Origin: Nitrosopumilus sp.
GTDB lineage: Archaea > Thermoproteota > Nitrososphaeria > Nitrososphaerales > Nitrosopumilaceae
Reading direction: 5' to 3'
DNA: 64,000 bases
NCBI GenBank assembly: GCA_963662625.1
Contig: OY759726.1
Span: 1,696,001 to 1,760,000 of the forward strand
The notes under the pieces were generated by a model. The model was given only the letters and a program-made list of their open reading frames with translations, did not search any database and was not told the DNA's origin. Shown piece after piece: positions 58,720-64,000 of the stretch. Within the stretch, counting starts at the first letter, position 1. Each line of letters starts with the position of its first letter. A program made the translations under genes and the position numbers.

Positions 58720-60110
58720 CACCCGTTGAAGGCGTACTTCCTCTCGCCCCTCGACTCGTCGTCCGTCTTCACGCCCACCAGGATGAACTCCTTCCTCGGG
58801 TGGAGCAGGGACTGCTCCGGCGTCAGCATGTTCTCGTGGATCCTCTCGTACTCGTCCAGCGTGAGCCGCCTCCGGGGGCCCAGCTCCGCCTCCAGGTTCA
58901 TGTTCTTCACGATGTCCTCGTACTCGGGCCGCACCACGCCGCTGAACACCATGGCGCTGCTGCCGCTGCCGTACGAGCCGAACCCCACGCGCTTCCCGCC
59001 CAGGTCGATCCCCTTCTGGTACTCGAACTCGAGGCTGCTCCGGAACCCCAGGTACAGCGACGCGGTGTAGAGGTTCCCGATCATCTTTGACGCGACGAGC
59101 GAGCTCGCGAGCTTCGCCTCGTAGAACTCCCGGAACTCGGGCGTCTGCGTGAACAGCTTCGTGAACTCGTGGTCCCTGGCCTGGAACTCGTCGTCCCCCA
59201 GCACCGACTCGATCGTGCCGCGCTGGTCCTTCGGGGCCGGCTCCGCTCCGATGTCCGCGGTTATCCCCTCCCACCTCGGGAGCTGCCTCCACTCGTGCCT
59301 CAGCAGGTATGCCAGCGCCTTCCGCCCCATGTTGCTGTACGGCAGGTGCATGTTCAGGTAGTCGATGTGGTCCAGGATGGTCTCGCCGGGGGCCAGCCCG
59401 ATCAGCCCCGAGGCGAGCGCCTTCTTCTTGTACGCCTCGAACGCCTTCCTCACCTGGATCATGTAGAGCAGGTTGGAGTACTGCCCGTGGACTATCGGGG
59501 TCTCCTTCCCGAACGGCCTGTAAAAGTCGTACTCGTCCTTGATCGACGTCGCCGTCGCGCGCGGGTCGAACGCCAGCAGCCTCGGGTCGTCGTTGAGCAG
59601 CATCACCACGGCGCCGGCGCCCTGGGTCATCTCCCCGCTGGATCCGAGGTCGTACTTTGCGATGTCGGAGACCACCACCAGCGCGTGCTGCCCCTCCGAC
59701 TCCCCGGCCCTGATCCAGTTTGCGTTGTCGTAGAGCGCGTATGAGCCGCTGACGCAGGCGAACTTCGTCTCCACCCCCCCGCAGTGCTCGAACGTGCCGT
59801 GGCCGTAGACCTGCTCGAGCATCCCAACCACGTAGGAGTTCATCGCCTTCGACTCGTCAAACGAGGACTCCGTCGAGACGTACAGCCTGCCGATGTCCTC
59901 CGGGGACAGCCCGTTTTTCTGCATTATCTGCAGGCACGCGTTGGCCGCAAGGCACGCGGGATCCTGGTTCGTGTCCACGATTGCCATCTGCGACACCCCC
60001 AGGCCCTTCTGCAGCTTCGCCGGGTCGAGCCCCCGGGCGTCCGCAAAGTCTGCCGCGTCCACGTACAGGCGGGGGATGTATATCGCCATGTCGTCGATTC
60101 CTGCTGCCAT
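58719..60110 (-). CDS. Hydroxymethylglutaryl-CoA synthase
   Basis: STES, KFACVSG, HLPY, IGNLYTAS, SYGSG. Confidence 0.95.
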   Translation of the reverse strand: MAAGIDDMAIYIPRLYVDAADFADARGLDPAKLQKGLGVSQMAIVDTNQDPACLAANACLQIMQKNGLSPEDIGRLYVSTESSFDESKAMNSYVVGMLEQVYGHGTFEHCGGVETKFACVSGSYALYDNANWIRAGESEGQHALVVVSDIAKYDLGSSGEMTQGAGAVVMLLNDDPRLLAFDPRATATSIKDEYDFYRPFGKETPIVHGQYSNLLYMIQVRKAFEAYKKKALASGLIGLAPGETILDHIDYLNMHLPYSNMGRKALAYLLRHEWRQLPRWEGITADIGAEPAPKDQRGTIESVLGDDEFQARDHEFTKLFTQTPEFREFYEAKLASSLVASKMIGNLYTASLYLGFRSSLEFEYQKGIDLGGKRVGFGSYGSGSSAMVFSGVVRPEYEDIVKNMNLEAELGPRRRLTLDEYERIHENMLTPEQSLLHPRKEFILVGVKTDDESRGERKYAFNG

Positions 60111-60272
60111 CTAGCTTGCCTCTGTCTATTGTCATATAAGGATAATGGGGCGGGCACTATCTCACAATCTGTTGGAATTTTGTCAATCTCCGCCAGGCAC
60201 CCCCTCCTGCGCGCGGATCCGGCCGCCGGGGGCCAGACCAATCTAAATAAGCGGGCCCATCCTACAAGACCC

Positions 60273-61334
60273 ATGAAGAAGGTCTTCGTGAACGGGTACG
60301 GCTCCATAGGGCGCAGGATCGCGGCGTTCCTGGGGGACGATCCCGAGGTCACCGTGACCGGCGTCGGGAAATACTCCCCCGACGGCGGCGTGCGCGAGGC
60401 GGCGTCGAGGGGCCTTGACGTGTTCGTCCCCGAGCGCAGGCTCGCCGAGTTCGGCGGCCTGGGCGTCTCGGGCACCGTCGAGTCGGCCCTGGACGACTGC
60501 GACCTGGTGATAGACGCCTCGCCCGGGGGCCGCGGCTTCAGGAACAAGCTGGACCTCTACGCCCCCCGGGGCATCAAGGCCATCTACCAGGGGGGCGAGA
60601 CCACCGAGGGCGAGGCCGCGGTGTCTGACCTGCTCTTCAACTCGCGCTCGAACTACGGCATGGCGGCAGGCAGGAGCCACGTCATGCAGGGGAGCTGCAA
60701 CGTGACCGGGATGGGCAGGGTGCTGGAGCCCCTCCGGGACAGGTATGGCGGCAGGCTGGTCAGGTTCGACGTCACCCTCATCAGGCGCTGGGCCGACATC
60801 GAGCAGACGGACAAGCAGCTGGCAGACACGGTGGAGATCACCGAAAGCCCGCACCACGGCGACGACGTGAAGGCGTACCTCGGGAAGGACGCGCCGCTCT
60901 TCGTGCGGGCAGTCAAGGTCCCCTCGAGGCAGATGCACCTGCACGTGATGGACGTCAGGTTCGCCGGCGACGCCCCGGAGCCGTCCGAGATCCACGGGGT
61001 GTTTGCAGACGAGTTCGGCGTGGCGACGCTGTGGACCGCGGGGGGGACCAAGGAGGTGAGGGACTGCGCGGCGTCCATGGGGTTCAGCTTCACGGACACC
61101 AACATGATCCACATCCACGCCAACATGACCGCATCCGCGGGGGACACCGTCCAGATCATGTACTCCGACGACCAGACGGGGATCGTGATACCCGAGAACC
61201 ACATGCTGATGCAGGCCATGCTGTTCGGGAGGCCCTACGAGGAGGCGTTCGCCCACACGGAATCCGTGTTCCACATGAAGGAGAAGAAGGAGAGGCTGGA
61301 ATCGCACTTTGCCAGGAGGGGCGGCCCGCCGTGA
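60273..61334 (+). CDS. gap: Type II glyceraldehyde-3-phosphate dehydrogenase
   Basis: VNGYGSIGRR, YQGGE, SCN, HHGDD, IVIPEN. Confidence 0.93.
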   Translation: MKKVFVNGYGSIGRRIAAFLGDDPEVTVTGVGKYSPDGGVREAASRGLDVFVPERRLAEFGGLGVSGTVESALDDCDLVIDASPGGRGFRNKLDLYAPRGIKAIYQGGETTEGEAAVSDLLFNSRSNYGMAAGRSHVMQGSCNVTGMGRVLEPLRDRYGGRLVRFDVTLIRRWADIEQTDKQLADTVEITESPHHGDDVKAYLGKDAPLFVRAVKVPSRQMHLHVMDVRFAGDAPEPSEIHGVFADEFGVATLWTAGGTKEVRDCAASMGFSFTDTNMIHIHANMTASAGDTVQIMYSDDQTGIVIPENHMLMQAMLFGRPYEEAFAHTESVFHMKEKKERLESHFARRGGPP

Positions 61335-61355
61335 TCCCCGCGGCCCGCGCCGGGG

Positions 61356-62621
61356 TCACTCGCCGTCGCCGGCCTTCTTCTCGATCCTGATCTTCACGGC
61401 CCTGTGCTTCAGGACCTTCTCGATGGTTATCTTCAGGTTCCGCACCTCCAGCCTGTCGCCCTCCTGCGGGATGTCCTGCAGCCTCTCGTGGAGCAGCCCG
61501 TTGAGCGCCGCGTAGTCGTCCCCCTCGGGGACGTCCGTCTTGAAGATCTCGTTTATCCTGGTGATCTTGATCTCGCCGTTCGTCACGATGGTGTTCTGGT
61601 CCATCCTCTCGTATTCCACCGGCCTCGAGACGTCCGTCTCGTCCTCGATCTCCCCCACTATCTCCTCCAGGAGGTCCTCCAGCGTGACGAGCCCCTCGAC
61701 CCCCCCGTGCTCGTCTATGACTATCGCTATGTGCGTCTTCCTGCCCTGCATCTCCTTGAGCATGGAGCTGACCATCTTCTCCTGCGACACGAAGACGGGC
61801 TTCCTCGCGATCTGCTCGAGGCTCGCCATCTTGTTGTCCCTCTCGAGCTCCTTGAGGACGTCCCTCACGTGGATGAACCCCACTATGTCGTCCCTGTTGG
61901 CGCCGTAGATCGGGATCCTGGAATGCCCGCTCTGGTTTATCTGGGGAAGCGCCTCGAAGAGCAGGAGCTTCGAGTGCAGCGAGAACATCCTGGTCCTGGC
62001 CGTCATCACCGAGCGGATTACCGTGTCGTCGAACTTCAGGGCGCCGTGGACCATCTCCATCTCCTCCTTCTCCAGCGCCTTCTCCTCCAGCCCCTGCGCG
62101 ATCACGCCCTTGATGTCCTCCTCGGTGATCGGCGGCGGGAGGTAGCTGCTCCCGGTCACCTTCACCACCCCCTTCGTGACCATCTCGAAGAACTTGACCA
62201 CCGGGTAAAACACGTAGCTGAACCCCAGCAGGACCGGCGCGTAGCGCAGGGCGATCTTCGTGGAGTTGGCGTTGCAGTACGTCTTCGGCGTTATCTCGCC
62301 GAAGATCAGGATCAGGAAGGTCATTATCCCCACCGCGATCCCCAGCCCCTCGTCGCCGAAGAGCCGGAGCGCCACGCTGGTCGCGAGTGCCGACGCCCCC
62401 ACGTTTACGAGGTTGTTCCCGAGGTTCACGCTCGACATCATCCACCCGGGGTTGGTCTTCAGCTTGTGCAGGGCCTTGGATCCCTTCTTGCCCTCCTTCA
62501 GCAGCTGCACTACCTTGGCCTTGTGCACCCCGACCAGCGCGACCTCCAGCCCGCTGAAGAAGCCGGACGTCCCGAGGAGCAGGGCAAGCGCGGTCATCTC
62601 GACCCACAGTTCTGCCATCAT
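61356..62621 (-). CDS. CNNM/hemolysin-family protein (DUF21, CBS pair, CorC)
   Basis: FFSGLEVAL, FGEITPK, HSRIPIY, EDLLEEIVGEI. Confidence 0.93.
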   Translation of the reverse strand: MMAELWVEMTALALLLGTSGFFSGLEVALVGVHKAKVVQLLKEGKKGSKALHKLKTNPGWMMSSVNLGNNLVNVGASALATSVALRLFGDEGLGIAVGIMTFLILIFGEITPKTYCNANSTKIALRYAPVLLGFSYVFYPVVKFFEMVTKGVVKVTGSSYLPPPITEEDIKGVIAQGLEEKALEKEEMEMVHGALKFDDTVIRSVMTARTRMFSLHSKLLLFEALPQINQSGHSRIPIYGANRDDIVGFIHVRDVLKELERDNKMASLEQIARKPVFVSQEKMVSSMLKEMQGRKTHIAIVIDEHGGVEGLVTLEDLLEEIVGEIEDETDVSRPVEYERMDQNTIVTNGEIKITRINEIFKTDVPEGDDYAALNGLLHERLQDIPQEGDRLEVRNLKITIEKVLKHRAVKIRIEKKAGDGE

Positions 62622-62760
62622 GCCCCCCCGAAAACTTCATGGGGGCGTTTGCTGCCGTCCATTTTACTTTTTAGACACCATCTCAGGTGATTAATGTCAG
62701 CGGAGCTTGTTTTTAAGGATTAAGCGCGGCGGGCGGGGGCCCCGGCCGCACAATCCTTGT

Positions 62761-63603
62761 ATGTCGGCCGCCACAACGGGTGGCATGGGCCTGTCAGACA
62801 CGTCGGCGCTGGTCCTGCTGTGGGCAGACGGCGCCGTGCACACCAGCCGGGACGCCAGGGCGTACCTGGGGTCGCTGGACCTGGAGGCGGGCATGGGGAT
62901 CCTCGGGAGGTGCAACAGGGTGTGGGCCCACTACGGCGAGGTTATAAAGAACAGGAAGCACTGCGTGCTGGAGGCTTCCAGGAGGATGCTGCGGGACCGC
63001 GGGATCGGCCAGATGGTCATACTCGGCGCCGGCTTTGACGCGCTGTCCGTCGAGATGCTCCACGGGGAGGGGGGCCTCGAGGTCTACGAGGCAGACTCCG
63101 CGAACATGCCCCTCAAGGAGCGGCTCGTCAGGGACGCCTGCCCGGGGCCGGCCCGCCACATCCACTGCGTGGACGCGGACCTGGGGGATCCGGCCGGCCT
63201 CGCGGGCGCGCTGGAGGGCAGGGGGTGGGACGCCCGGAGCCCGTCGCTCGTCGTGATGGAGGGCGTGTCGTACTACCTCGGCGCCGGCGAGATGTCCGGC
63301 CTGCTCCGCGCGTTCGGGCGTGGCGGCCGGAACCGCGCCGTGCTGGAGTACCTGCTGCCCGGCAGGTGCGTGTCGGGGGACAGGGCCCGCATACCCGACG
63401 GGGTGTTCGGGGCGATAGGCGACGCGTACGGCGTGCCGCCTGCCAGGTACGACAGGGGCGGGATTGCCCGCCTGCTGGGCCCCGGCGGCGCCGTCGACGC
63501 CGTGTACGGCATGGGGGAGATGGAGCTTGCGAGGACCGGCGGCAACGCGCACTTTGGGGGCGCCGGGTCCTGGTGGATCGAGGTCTGCGTCGCCAGGATA
63601 TAG
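62761..63603 (+). CDS. Class I SAM-dependent methyltransferase (LCM-like)
   Basis: VILGAGFD, EGVSYYL. Confidence 0.82.
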   Translation: MSAATTGGMGLSDTSALVLLWADGAVHTSRDARAYLGSLDLEAGMGILGRCNRVWAHYGEVIKNRKHCVLEASRRMLRDRGIGQMVILGAGFDALSVEMLHGEGGLEVYEADSANMPLKERLVRDACPGPARHIHCVDADLGDPAGLAGALEGRGWDARSPSLVVMEGVSYYLGAGEMSGLLRAFGRGGRNRAVLEYLLPGRCVSGDRARIPDGVFGAIGDAYGVPPARYDRGGIARLLGPGGAVDAVYGMGEMELARTGGNAHFGGAGSWWIEVCVARI

Positions 63604-63624
63604 CGCCTTCCCCCGCGGCCGATC

Positions 63625-64000
63625 CTACCGCTTCGGGGGCCTCGCGAACCGGTTCGCCGGGCTGTTGTGGTACTCCACCGGCAGCATCGGGTCCTTCTGC
63701 CTGCCAGTCAGGATGCCGACCACCGTGTCGTCCCTTCCTATCGTCCCCTCCTCCAGCAGCTTCCTGATCCCGGCCACCGACGCCGCCGACGCCATCTCGC
63801 AGTCAAAGCCGTTCAGCCCCACCACCGACATGGCGTCGAGCATCTCGGCGTCGGAGACGGTGGTGACCACCCCGTCGGTGAACTCGAGCGCCCGCAGCCC
63901 CTTCAGGATGTTGGCCGGCCGGCCTATCTGGATCGCGGTGGCCTTGGTCTTGGGCCCGGGGCCCCCCGCGCCCAGGCCCTCGTAGTACGCGTCGATCAGC
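63625..64000 (-). CDS. thrC: Threonine synthase, C-terminal part (runs off window end)
   Basis: TKATAIQIGRPAN, VSDAE, CEMASAASVAG, ILTG. Confidence 0.85.
   Translation of the reverse strand, partial: LIDAYYEGLGAGGPGPKTKATAIQIGRPANILKGLRALEFTDGVVTTVSDAEMLDAMSVVGLNGFDCEMASAASVAGIRKLLEEGTIGRDDTVVGILTGRQKDPMLPVEYHNSPANRFARPPKR

Overview
High-GC genomic segment of an ammonia-oxidising archaeon (Nitrosopumilaceae/Thaumarchaeota). The high GC, giant surface proteins and IS debris resemble sponge-symbiont lineages, which is an inference. Core content: the L3-to-L6 ribosomal protein cluster, proteasome alpha, a SPOUT methyltransferase, a CdvB/Snf7 paralog, ccdA plus a thioredoxin-like gene, bioABF and bioD, HMG-CoA synthase, type II GAPDH, a CNNM/hemolysin protein, partial thrC, tRNA-Pro(CGG) and tRNA-Asn(GTT). 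Accessory content: an AAA/DUF4143 ATPase, a secreted gamma carbonic anhydrase, DinG/Rad3 and UvrD-nuclease helicases, NERD and NYN nucleases, ParB, two hicBA loci and three decayed IS elements. There is also a set of domain-shuffled secreted proteins: a Cache+SBP3 tandem protein, a 3022-aa SBP5/LBP/Cache/FG-GAP/SdrD-B giant, and an S8 protease that shares the giant's C-terminal module. The most notable signals are: (i) this modular surface-protein set, with nested domain insertions, variable-loop FG-GAP repeats and a shared C-terminal module; (ii) apparent A:T->G:C directional decay in several independent dead elements; (iii) a hicA toxin whose frame is restored by a -1 shift at A_AAA_AAG; (iv) perfect tandem-repeat tails on ribosomal proteins S3 and L24. 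All domain calls come from motif recognition by eye; no searches were run.
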